Virus record (IMG/VR): IMGVR_UViG_3300009129_001478
Location: 33,632 to 97,631 of that record
Direction: 5' to 3' (one strand)
Length of the DNA stretch: 64,000 bases
Origin: a virus
Below the pieces are notes generated by a model. It saw only the letters and a list, made by a program, of their open reading frames with translations, was not told the DNA's origin and searched no databases. Every line of letters starts with the position of its first letter. Within the stretch, counting starts at the first letter, position 1. Both the position numbers and the translations under genes were made by a program. This document shows positions 35,701 through 45,300 of this stretch, in pieces.

Positions 35701-38182
35701 TATTGCAGATTTCTCAAATGCCTTGTGGCAAGCTTTTGCAGATTGGTGGGCTAACCTATTTGAGGAACCGCTAAAAGAAGCACAAAGCCCGCAATTTAAT
35801 TTGTATGTAACAAGCTTTGGTCAAGACCTTTTTTATTCTATTCGTATGTTAATTTCTAGACGCATAATGGTGGCACAACAAAGAACAGTAGATAAATATG
35901 AAGAATTTTCATATTATGCGCCCACTTGGAATAGAAGAACTGGGTACAAGAGATCTCGTGTTGATTTACCCTATCCTCCACCTGACAAGTTGACTGATCC
36001 ATGGTTTTCTGACCCCGTTATAGCAGATACAGATGATAACGAAGCTTCTTATGCCATGAGAACATCACCACTCCCGCTTCGCGAACAACTTTATGCAGTT
36101 AGGAACATGCGGTCTAACTGGAATGAGGCTTTGGATGATTATTACACGCGGCTGCACAACCAATTGCGGAGTTATTGGACAAGACAAAAGCTAGCATATA
36201 CACCAGACCAATGGATAGCTAATTTCCCCGAGTATGCCTCTTGTACAATGTATGTTAACAATCTGAATGATGGCGGCGTCCGAATTTTCAGACGAGTAAA
36301 GACCAGAAAAACTACTTTCGTCACACCCGGCGAAGACCCCTTTGTGATAGAATCAAAATTATTAGCAATGTATATACCCAAAGAAGGAGATTCTGAACCA
36401 GATCAGTCCGGCGTTGATTATTATCGGCTATTATCTGGGATTGGAGATAAACATGTTGGCGGAGAAAACACAGGTGGTCCACTAATTCATGGCGAATTCG
36501 CAGTAGATGAAGAACCTATCCTTCCATCAGCCCGAACATCCCTGATGCCCTCTAGAAACAACCCTAAAGTGACAGAATTGATTAATGATACTATGCAGGG
36601 ATTAATTAGCTGGGAAGTAACAGATTCTATTATTGGTAATCATGAAAAAGCCCCCGTTCCATCAGGCACAGGTCATGACCTTGCAGTTACAGAAGATGAA
36701 CCCGTCGCCCCGTGGATTCAAGAGGAATCCGACCAAGGAGGGGTTATAGATACTTGGTCGGTTGCCAATTGGTCCGAATTTATTGATGAACAAATTAATG
36801 ATTCTTATATCCAGACATACAATAAAGCAAAACTAAGACCATATTTGAAAGCTACTAATATACCTCCATTCGTAGTAAATGATGATAAGTGTGTAACAAA
36901 CGAAGAAGCTCAAATAGCTCAGTCTGTAATCTTATCTATTCAGTCGCGCATCCAGCCTTTCTTTATGAATGTTCTTCCCCTTGCCAGAGTATATCCACAC
37001 TGGAATAGTATAGGTACAGCCCGGCTCGTAACAGATTATTTATCGCGCAAGATATACGAAGATCTTAATAAGAAGGAATTGGTAAATTTGATGTATGATA
37101 AATTGCCAATAGTACAGAAAGTTTTTTCTGATGTTCCGGAGAATGATTTAGATTTGAGTGATTCTCAGACGCCAAAACAATTTATAGCAACATTGGTCGA
37201 GAAAATATACGGAGCAATGCTGCGAAATATATCATCAAAAGTGTATACGTCAATTTCTAGTTCGCCATATTCTCCAAGCATAACAAAAGATCGCTATAGA
37301 GCTATGCTAATAAAGTTCTTTACAGAACTTAGCACTGCGCTCCTAGCAGAAGGAAATGAGGAAGACCAACTCGGATTAACTGGACGGCAATATCGCAACG
37401 CAATTCTGTTTATTGATAATGTTTTGCTGATAGATTTCAACGGAGAAAAACTCCTAACGCCAAAGGGGTATTTGTATGGCACTTATTATTTCCCTATGTC
37501 ATTTTTTATTGGGTTATACCTAATAACATATGACAGCCTGGTAAACATTAGTAGAAATTTTGAGTCAGGATATTTTAAAACTTTAGTAGAAATTGCTGGG
37601 GCTGATGATTCTTTGTTGAGCAACCTTACAGGTCAAAGTATTACAAAGTATCAACAACAATTAGAAATATTTCCTGTAAAAGAAGTCACTTGGGATCGCG
37701 TGGAAATGACTTATTACACCCGAGAACAAGTCTTGGACAGGATTGCTGCCCTCACGGCTTTAGAGGAAAACGAACCACAGGCAATTTTATTGAGAGAGTA
37801 TCCAGACTTCTTCCGCCGTTATGGCAGCCGAGATCTACCAGAACAGATGATCGAGAGCTTGGGAGAGGTTCTTCTTTTTATGTGGACCGAAAACGTTCCC
37901 TTAACAATTGAAACTCTAAGAGAAAGATTAGCGCTCCACACCACCCTCAACGGGGAACCCATCCATCCCCGCCCCGGAGAGCGGGTATACCCATATTATG
38001 CTGCTTTTATGTTATTAGAAGAAATAGAATCAAGAAATTTAAGAACCCTGGAAGATGTATTTGGAGATCTGGAAAATCTAGTAGCAATGTGGAGGACGGA
38101 CCCCGGACTACAGATAATGCACGAACTGAAAAAACAAATACCCGTAGAAAAAAACAAGTTAGAAGCGCTACTTAGAACATGA
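32708..38182 (+). CDS. Very large hypothetical virion protein (1824 aa)
   Basis: Uninterrupted ORF between spike-like and gp25 genes; no motif recognised. Confidence 0.75.
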   Translation: MTLNSQQKNIVNPFAQESTSYVFSDRRNRFVLDVIHDSYINFHTFLTEGQQLLLSMEELQALQIEKETPNLNVSAADLAAYTILYRQNSIIVEMEGDRIKLEVPSGEISQEKLSSLVSQLEQRGVIDLYTSNSTPSSLLPENVNNLGPAGLVSRLIAIPPNHSNEYLTLMRKSVNLQNEIPLESFESIENFSMSPVATSFVNSDNNVDIYDWRENCGPGTDTNKIYYNTVDDKFYYTTRTDITATQLFDMSYWAQSQEAAQEMLKAVRTGLSEILKFTGKYSPENLQKLLDYGLASDNVNFVSHLGVRPGSRWIHAIRVKRGDIDNLEPGASGAVISYDEFELTPLEKAQILVDSQKNKATNKKFMNVGNLIRYIPNVVFALREYAYQLKDENISPEDIQGIDLSREATRIDSFIDMLSLAYIYNKVTLDDNDVIEFGFTDQYELEYFVVNGFLMTRGIGNKTFYKTPEDEEAPKKILDAFSLLSPTAYSAISNSYGIYSDYSLRAEDSKKPWTVFFDDYLYPPVSLSPEKIREKAENSLLQWRRSRRQKLYTKIVNLNKEGKEIEDNFRRKNKSRNPYYQVATILGTTIVAGQRDCNTAQSEVLRNVLQFWQNVTGKTKIRSLVRQAIMLTRDELIQDSVTKAYLSGALAAGDNPRLFIREIEQKINQEIFCGLDVMGNVIETQFLDAKNMSPEKTAGGKPPGLGAPLKIDLNVPKGIQGFTKSKHQRQTELYEKMVKEIILGFIKSIALGIIKDVVKAVLGCGPDGPNEDTLNDVLKDLRFGFLDLNEYLGDIDVVEIAKKADMYNIRGEEKIDPTLEQITTFIRDVSYMCTPSELDRLTYGDGDNILYELILETIEDGVITFPVERNANPNEEIERRTINPEIYGSIEFSVDKIQNFFIFLGDSMRDENAEELAKFTFSPLEAYCADRDPSLDTLGLEISQEQLEAQYFSLAEDKIAKINAMCDLLRGLENIQRQLEDLINSIPIMEGYNDLLQSIADFSNALWQAFADWWANLFEEPLKEAQSPQFNLYVTSFGQDLFYSIRMLISRRIMVAQQRTVDKYEEFSYYAPTWNRRTGYKRSRVDLPYPPPDKLTDPWFSDPVIADTDDNEASYAMRTSPLPLREQLYAVRNMRSNWNEALDDYYTRLHNQLRSYWTRQKLAYTPDQWIANFPEYASCTMYVNNLNDGGVRIFRRVKTRKTTFVTPGEDPFVIESKLLAMYIPKEGDSEPDQSGVDYYRLLSGIGDKHVGGENTGGPLIHGEFAVDEEPILPSARTSLMPSRNNPKVTELINDTMQGLISWEVTDSIIGNHEKAPVPSGTGHDLAVTEDEPVAPWIQEESDQGGVIDTWSVANWSEFIDEQINDSYIQTYNKAKLRPYLKATNIPPFVVNDDKCVTNEEAQIAQSVILSIQSRIQPFFMNVLPLARVYPHWNSIGTARLVTDYLSRKIYEDLNKKELVNLMYDKLPIVQKVFSDVPENDLDLSDSQTPKQFIATLVEKIYGAMLRNISSKVYTSISSSPYSPSITKDRYRAMLIKFFTELSTALLAEGNEEDQLGLTGRQYRNAILFIDNVLLIDFNGEKLLTPKGYLYGTYYFPMSFFIGLYLITYDSLVNISRNFESGYFKTLVEIAGADDSLLSNLTGQSITKYQQQLEIFPVKEVTWDRVEMTYYTREQVLDRIAALTALEENEPQAILLREYPDFFRRYGSRDLPEQMIESLGEVLLFMWTENVPLTIETLRERLALHTTLNGEPIHPRPGERVYPYYAAFMLLEEIESRNLRTLEDVFGDLENLVAMWRTDPGLQIMHELKKQIPVEKNKLEALLRT

Positions 38183-38583
38183 CAAAAAGACAAGGAATAT
38201 CACCGCGCGTCCCTCTAATATATGATAAGACTGATGGACCGTATCGTCTAAATAAAACTCTCAAAGAGGCTATTAAACAGAACTTTAAGAATATTGTTCT
38301 TACATCACCTGGCGAAAGAGTAATGATTCCAAACTTTGGTGTTGGTATTTATAATCTTTTATTTGAAAATGTGGGACCAGCCACATTTGAAGAAATTGCC
38401 TCGCGAGTAGCCGAACAGACCGAGGCGTATGCTCCTGCTGTCAATCTCGTATCTGTCGTTTTTACCACATCGGACGAAGACCCAACAATGGACTTCAACG
38501 AGGTGAGAATTGTAATCACATATAATATACTACCATATGATGAGGAAGATCAGCTAATAATAACATCAACAATGACTAGTTAA
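38179..38583 (+). CDS. Baseplate wedge protein gp25-like (GPW/gp25)
   Basis: IKQNFKNIVLTSPGERVMIPNFGVGI...LFE. Confidence 0.92.
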   Translation: MTKRQGISPRVPLIYDKTDGPYRLNKTLKEAIKQNFKNIVLTSPGERVMIPNFGVGIYNLLFENVGPATFEEIASRVAEQTEAYAPAVNLVSVVFTTSDEDPTMDFNEVRIVITYNILPYDEEDQLIITSTMTS

Positions 38584-38606
38584 AAGACGAGGCGAGCACA
38601 AATATT

Positions 38607-40400
38607 ATGGCAAAAAGACCGATAAACTACACTAGCAGAGATTTTGAAAGTATCAAGCAAGACTTGGTGAACTATGCTGAAAGGTATTATCCCACAACCT
38701 TTAAGGATTTCAGTGAAGCTTCTTTTGGTGCATTGATGATGGATATGGTAGCCTATGTCGGCGATCAATTGTCTTTTTATGCTGACTTCCAGGCTAATGA
38801 GAGTTTTTTAGATAGTGCCATAACTTATGAGAATGTCAATCGTCTTTCAAACACACTGGGTTATAAAACCCCAGGCGCTGCAAAATCTACAGGACAAGCT
38901 TCTTTTTATGTTATTGTTCCCGCTGATCCCAACTCACGAGGTCCTGATTTAGATTATTTTCCAATTCTGCAAAGAGGGAGTCTAATCTCGTCAAAAAACG
39001 GATCCGCTTTTACGCTAGTGGATAATGTGGATTTTACAAATCCCAACAATGAAGTTACTGTAGCCCGAGTAGATGATTCAACCGGTAATCCTACATTTTT
39101 TGCAGTGAAAGCATATGGGCAAGTTGTGTCCGGACAGATCTACGAACAAATAACGGCTGTTACTGACTACCAAAGATTTTTGAGAATTAATGTCGATCAG
39201 GAAAATATAAGCGAAATACTGTCCGTAAAAGACAGCCAGGGGAATGAGTATTATGAGGTTGACTTTTTAACTCAAGATGTTATTATACAAGAATTTCAAA
39301 ATACAACTTCTGATCGCGAAGTTGTTCCTTATATTATGAAACTCAAGCCTGTTCCGCGCAGGTTCGTGACAGAGTTTGAATCAAATGGAGATACTTATAT
39401 TCAGTTTGGTTATGGTTCACAAGATAATATTACGACAGATGTTGTAGCAGATCCAGCAGATGTTGTTATGAACGTAAATGGTCGCACACATGTGACAGAT
39501 CAAACTTTTGACCCAACAAACCTAATCCAGACTGATAAGTTTGGAGTAGTCCCCACCAATACCACCCTGACCATTGAATACGCAGCCAATACTTCAGATG
39601 AAATAAACATTGCCGTGAATGGCTTGAGTGAAGTAATATCTCCTCGCCTATCTTTCAAGAACCAGGGCACGCTGGACCTCAATTTGGTCAATGGGGTTGT
39701 AACCTCTGTAGAAGTAGAAAATGAAAGCCCAATTCTGGGAGACACAAGCATATTGACGGCTGAAGAAATTAGAGAAAGAGCCTTCGGAACATTTGCATCC
39801 CAAAACCGCGCCGTCACCCGCGTAGATTATATTAACCTTATTTATCGCATGCCTTCAAAGTTTGGTAAAGTCAAGAGAGCTAACGTTGTTCGCGACGTAG
39901 ATTCTTTGAAAAGAAACCTGAATGTATATCTTTTGTCGGAAAATGCTAATGGCGATCTAATTGAGCCAAACGGGAATCTTAAAGAAAATACAAGAGTTTG
40001 GCTAAACAAATATAGAATGATCAATGATACTATTGATGTTCTGAACGGCAAAGTGATCAATATTGGCATCAAATTCAAGGTCCTTCCAGAATTAGACGTC
40101 AACCGCTATGAACTCCTAGATGCTTGCATACAAAAATTGAAAGATGAATATATCAATATCAAGTTCAATATTGGGGAGGCAGTTTATATTTCCCAGATTT
40201 ACAAACTACTAAATGAAGTGCCGGGCGTGGTGGACACGACAGAAGTAGAACTCGTTAATAATGTTGGCGGAGTTTATAGCAATTATAGATTTGATATTGA
40301 TTCTAATCTTTCAGACGATGGAAGATTCTTGGTGTTACCTGAAGATGCCGCTGCTGAGGTGTTGCTGCCAAATACAGATATTATAGGAGCGGTGATCTAA
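38607..40400 (+). CDS. Baseplate wedge protein gp6-like (baseplate J family)
   Basis: YTSRDFESIKQDL, ANESFLDSA, LGY, IQFG, QNRAVT..DY. Confidence 0.9.
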   Translation: MAKRPINYTSRDFESIKQDLVNYAERYYPTTFKDFSEASFGALMMDMVAYVGDQLSFYADFQANESFLDSAITYENVNRLSNTLGYKTPGAAKSTGQASFYVIVPADPNSRGPDLDYFPILQRGSLISSKNGSAFTLVDNVDFTNPNNEVTVARVDDSTGNPTFFAVKAYGQVVSGQIYEQITAVTDYQRFLRINVDQENISEILSVKDSQGNEYYEVDFLTQDVIIQEFQNTTSDREVVPYIMKLKPVPRRFVTEFESNGDTYIQFGYGSQDNITTDVVADPADVVMNVNGRTHVTDQTFDPTNLIQTDKFGVVPTNTTLTIEYAANTSDEINIAVNGLSEVISPRLSFKNQGTLDLNLVNGVVTSVEVENESPILGDTSILTAEEIRERAFGTFASQNRAVTRVDYINLIYRMPSKFGKVKRANVVRDVDSLKRNLNVYLLSENANGDLIEPNGNLKENTRVWLNKYRMINDTIDVLNGKVINIGIKFKVLPELDVNRYELLDACIQKLKDEYINIKFNIGEAVYISQIYKLLNEVPGVVDTTEVELVNNVGGVYSNYRFDIDSNLSDDGRFLVLPEDAAAEVLLPNTDIIGAVI

Positions 40401-40401
40401 A

Positions 40402-42357
40402 ATGGCTATCAAAAAATATTACGCCGATAAAGACAATACAATTACAAATGCATACAAGAGTAATTTGATAACTCGTGGCACCGGGTCCAATATGGGCGCA
40501 GCAGATATTCTTGAGGCTTTTGTCATTCACGGACAAACATCAGCATCTGTCACGACTTCTCCTTCTGCGGCTAATGCTACCAATGCAGAACAGAGCCGAT
40601 TTATTATTCAATTTCCGCTAGCGACTATTGCATCTGATATGTCTAGCGGCATTTTGCCGGCAGATACGGGTAGCATTAAGTTCTATTTGAATCTCTACAA
40701 TGCTCCCCATGGTAATACAGCACCTAGAGATTTTTCACTAGATGTTTATATGCTTTCTCAGGAGTGGACAGAGGGTCGCGGATTAGATATGGAAAATTAT
40801 ACAGACCTCGGCGCGTCAAGTTGGGAATCTGCTTCGTCCGGAACAACATGGACCCAGGCTGGCGGAACATATTTGCCGGCAGTCGGTACCGCTACAGCTA
40901 CTGTTTCCTTTATTACGGATAGTACACCTACTGCACTTGATGACGGCAAAACCATCATCATAACAAACTATGATGGCACGATTGCCACCTTTACTTTGAC
41001 AGCCGCTACCCGCTCCTCTACCGAAATTGATCGGTCTGCTATTGGTAATGTTAACGACTTTGCTACTGAGATTAAAGCCTCTATGGACCTGGCAGTTGCT
41101 GCTGGACTTCTCAAGGCTACCGTATCCCCCGTAGAAAACGATATCAACGGAAATCCAAGAATGATCACTCTTACTGCGGGAGCAGCCGGAACAATCGGCA
41201 ATCAATCTGTGGCGGGAACATTTATTACTGGTGGGGGCGGAGAAGTAATTTGCAATGCTACCTGTAATGATCCTTCGGTTGGCAATGGGTCATTGGCATT
41301 TACCGGCGGAGTTGATGCCGGTTCCACTCAAAAAACGTTTTCCTTTGAGACAGGTCTAGAAAATTTATCACTTGATGTTTCTGATCAGGTTTATAAATGG
41401 CTGGATGCTGTGAGTGGCGACCTGAATTGCGGTTTCCTTATAAAATTTCCAGACTCTATAGTATCGGGGTCTCAAAACTTGTACACTAAAAAGTTCTTCT
41501 CCAGAACCAGCGAGTTTTTTCATTACCGACCAACCTTAGAAGCCCGCTGGGATTCTACAAGGAAAGATAATCGTGGAAACTTCTTTGCCAGCAGCAGCGT
41601 TGCCTCAGCCGCCAACAATTTGAATACTCTTTACCTCTATAATATAGTGAGAGGACAACTTCAGAACCTCCCAGGAGTGGTAAACGAAACGTTGACAGTT
41701 GATATCTATTCTGGGAGCACAAGTCCTGCCGGCACTCCGCTAAGCCTTATAAAGTCTGGTGGTACAGCAGCGACAAGCGTTCCAGCCGGCATTTTGCGTG
41801 AAAACGGAGCAACAATTACCGGTGTTTATACAGCATCGTTTGCATCCACTAGTTCTTTGGACACTGTATTTGATGTTTGGCATACTGGCTCGGGTGCTTC
41901 TAGGGTAAATTTCTATACTGCTTCATATGGTCCTAAAACCTTTGGAACCATTGATGGACTTTATCGCGAAGAATATTTAACCTCTATAACAAATTTAGAA
42001 GATTCTTATACACAAGGACAGACCCCAAACCTTCGCGTATTTGCTAGAAAGAAAAATTGGAACCCCAACATTTATACAGTCGCGACAGCGGAAACACTCC
42101 CAGAAATTATAGAAGATTCTTATTACCGCGTTCATAGAGTTGTTGATGGCTTAGAGGTCATCCCTTTTGGTACGGGAAGTACTAACAACTACTTCAGTCG
42201 TCTCTCATACGACGTGAGCGGTAATTATTTTGAATTAGATACTTCCTGTTTAGAGCCTGGTTATGCATATGGAATTACATTTGCATACTATTTACAGGGT
42301 GAGTATGCTGAACAACCCGAGGTGTTCAAGTTCAAAATTAAAGAAGAAGATAAATGA
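40402..42357 (+). CDS. Virion/baseplate-associated protein carrying one inserted 142-aa module
   Basis: KDNTI, SRFIIQF, WTEGRG, GFLIK, KKFFSR...PTLEARWD (DNRLRE-like framework); repeat module at 40891-41316. Confidence 0.7.
   Translation: MAIKKYYADKDNTITNAYKSNLITRGTGSNMGAADILEAFVIHGQTSASVTTSPSAANATNAEQSRFIIQFPLATIASDMSSGILPADTGSIKFYLNLYNAPHGNTAPRDFSLDVYMLSQEWTEGRGLDMENYTDLGASSWESASSGTTWTQAGGTYLPAVGTATATVSFITDSTPTALDDGKTIIITNYDGTIATFTLTAATRSSTEIDRSAIGNVNDFATEIKASMDLAVAAGLLKATVSPVENDINGNPRMITLTAGAAGTIGNQSVAGTFITGGGGEVICNATCNDPSVGNGSLAFTGGVDAGSTQKTFSFETGLENLSLDVSDQVYKWLDAVSGDLNCGFLIKFPDSIVSGSQNLYTKKFFSRTSEFFHYRPTLEARWDSTRKDNRGNFFASSSVASAANNLNTLYLYNIVRGQLQNLPGVVNETLTVDIYSGSTSPAGTPLSLIKSGGTAATSVPAGILRENGATITGVYTASFASTSSLDTVFDVWHTGSGASRVNFYTASYGPKTFGTIDGLYREEYLTSITNLEDSYTQGQTPNLRVFARKKNWNPNIYTVATAETLPEIIEDSYYRVHRVVDGLEVIPFGTGSTNNYFSRLSYDVSGNYFELDTSCLEPGYAYGITFAYYLQGEYAEQPEVFKFKIKEEDK
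40891..41316 (+). repeat. Dispersed in-frame coding repeat, copy 1 (142 codons)
   Basis: ATATVSFITD...DDGKTIIITN...NGNPRMITLT...LAFTGGVD; DNA blocks shared with copies 2-4. Confidence 0.92.
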
Positions 42358-45300
42358 GTGTAAAAAAGCTATTTGACAATAACAAACAAATCGTTACTGT
42401 TGGAAAATTCCTAAAGCTTAGTGCGCCCGATGCCCTGGGTGATGGAATAGAATCCGACGCTCACTTATCTGCATCCATTCAGAAGCAGGATTATTTTCTC
42501 CCCCCAGTTGATTATTCAAAACCAGAAAATTTTGTAAAGTTTGGTTCTGCCGAACAATATTATTCTAATGCCTTCAATTATATTGCCAACTATTATCCTT
42601 ATGATGGATCAATTTTGGAAAGGGTTAGTTTTTATAATAAAATCAATCCTTTAGAAAAATACATTCTTGAGGATTTATATCCAACTTCTACGGGCTATGT
42701 CACCATCGGTGCGGACTATGGCACCGTGACAACAAATGCAACAGGGTATGACTCCTCGTCGGCAGAATATATTCAGATCAAGGGCGGCCCACACTCCGGA
42801 TCCATTTATAAGGAATCTAAAAATAGAACATCTAATCTTGAATTTGGTGGATCCAGCGGAAGCTCTGTTGAATTCTTTCTAAAAAAGAACTCAGCCAGTG
42901 ACGGGATTTCAAGTTCAGAGAAGCAAGTAATATTTGACCTTTGGAATGGTGCCTCTGATACTAGCGCCACAGCCACTGCCATTATCATTACAGACGGCAC
43001 GCCAATTGCTCCCGATGATGGCAAAACCATTATCATAACAAATTATGATGGCACCACCGCTACTTTTACTTTGACAGCCGGCACTCGTTCTTCTACAGAA
43101 ATTGATCGGTCTGCTATTGGCAATGCCAACGATTTCGCCACTGAGATTAAAGCTTCTATGGATTTAGCAGTTGCTGCCGGACTCATCAAGGGCACTGTAT
43201 CTGCTGTAGAAAACGACGCCAACGGCAATCCAAGAATGATCACGATCACTGCTGGATTAGCCGGCACTATCGGGAATAAAGCTGTTTCAGGAACATTTAT
43301 AACTGGTGGCGGCGGAGAATTAGTTTGTAACCCTGCTGGCAACGATCCTGCGAGCGGAAATGGAACACTAGCATTTACCGGCGGCGTTGACGGCGGCTAT
43401 GGTAGAATGAGAATTGAGTTAAGGTCTCCCACCGAAGATCGCTTCTATGTTACCATGTTATCCGGCGCGACGGGCTTTAGCAGTATTCCTGTTCCCACAA
43501 CAGGTAACATAGACATTACTGATGGGGTTTTCCGGAATTTTGCGTTTGTCTTCAACACCTCCGGCTCTATACCGACTTTAGATTTCTTCGTCAACGGTGC
43601 ATGTATCCAAACGGGCATAACTTCTTCAGCCATCAGCGCAATTGGTTTAGTGACCGGCTCAATGATCGGCAACATTGGCGCACTGCGGACAGACATTGAG
43701 GGATCCCCAGGCGCAGCAGAAGGGTATGGTAAACTTTCAGCGTCTATTGATGAATTCCGATTTTGGAAAACAAGCAGGAACGATGAGCAGATTGGCCGAT
43801 ATTGGTTTGATAATGTCGGCGGCGGCACGGATAAATACGATGCCAATGTGGGACTTGGCGTATATCTTAAGTTTAATGAAGGTATAACTCAAACAGCCAG
43901 TGTTGATAAAATTTGTTTAGATTATTCTGGGCGATTGTCAAATGGTACATTCACGGGCTATAGTAACACCTATAGTAGGAATACTGCTTCTGCAATTGAC
44001 TCCCTTAGTTTAGAGTCAGTCAAAGAAGTTGGCGACCCAATCATTAGAACATCCAATCCGCTCTATATTACAACCAAGGCGGACTATGTTTTGACCGGCA
44101 GCAATTATGATTATAATAATAATTCTCGCTTGCTAAATCATCTTCCTAACTGGATAATTGAAGAAGAAGAAAACGGCGAGAATGAAATTGTAAGTGTCAC
44201 GCAAATTTTATCCAGTTATTTTGACACCCTTTATAATCAACTAACTGCTCTCAAAGAATTACGACATCTAAAATATATTAGTGGCAGCGCCACGGGATCT
44301 ATTAATGAGTATCCCTATAATGATCGTTTGGTTGAATCTATGGGACTAGAAATGCCCGAATTCTTCCAAAATGCCGGCACCTTGCAGCAATTCTTAAAGA
44401 GAGATGAACAAATCAATTTTGAGCAGCGACTTGTAGGGGTCAAAAACTCAATTTATAAAAACATCTACAATAACCTTAGTTTTATTCTAAAGTCTAAGGG
44501 AACTGAAAAATCAATCAGAAACTTCATTCGCTGTTTGGGTGTCAGTGAGGAGGTTATAGCCCTCAACACTTATCCGGATAATTCTGACTATGAAATTAAA
44601 AGTAATTATTATTCTACAACAAGCACCAAACGATTTGCAGATTTTACAGGATTTCTAAATCAAGATGATGTAAAGGCAACGGTTTATCAATATCCGGACT
44701 CTTCCAATATAAATTCAAAAGGCTTCGTAACGGGTTCAGTAAATCTAGAAGAGTTTGCTTTTTCTCTCCAAAGTGAAATAGTTTTCCCAAATAAAGATAA
44801 CCCAGAACTCTTGCCTTACGTTATGCCCAGGGTAGTGACATCTTCTTTGATGGGTTTCCATACTCCATTTGATTCAGATCAGACGTCAACCGATATGACG
44901 TGGCAAACAGCCGGTAATGACTATGGACTTCAGGTTTACGCTATTCGTAGCCCAGGAGAATATCCTAAAGTCTATTCTCCCAATTATCGCGTAAGAGACG
45001 CATATTTTGTAGTTAAGGACCGCGCAGGCACTACACTCCTCACGAGTTCTATTTTTAATGATGTATATGATAATCAAAAGTGGAACTTTACTTTATCATT
45101 GCGTCCGAAAAAATATCCATTCGCTGACGGTATAAACGGAGCATCAGTCTCTACGGACGGATACACGCTAGAATTGTATGGTGTAAATTATGACACTGGT
45201 ATAAAAAGAAACAGCTTTTTAGCCAGTGCTGACATGACTTACAACGCCGCGGCACCTATTGTAGAATCTAATAAGAGAGTCTATGTCGGCGCTCACCGAA

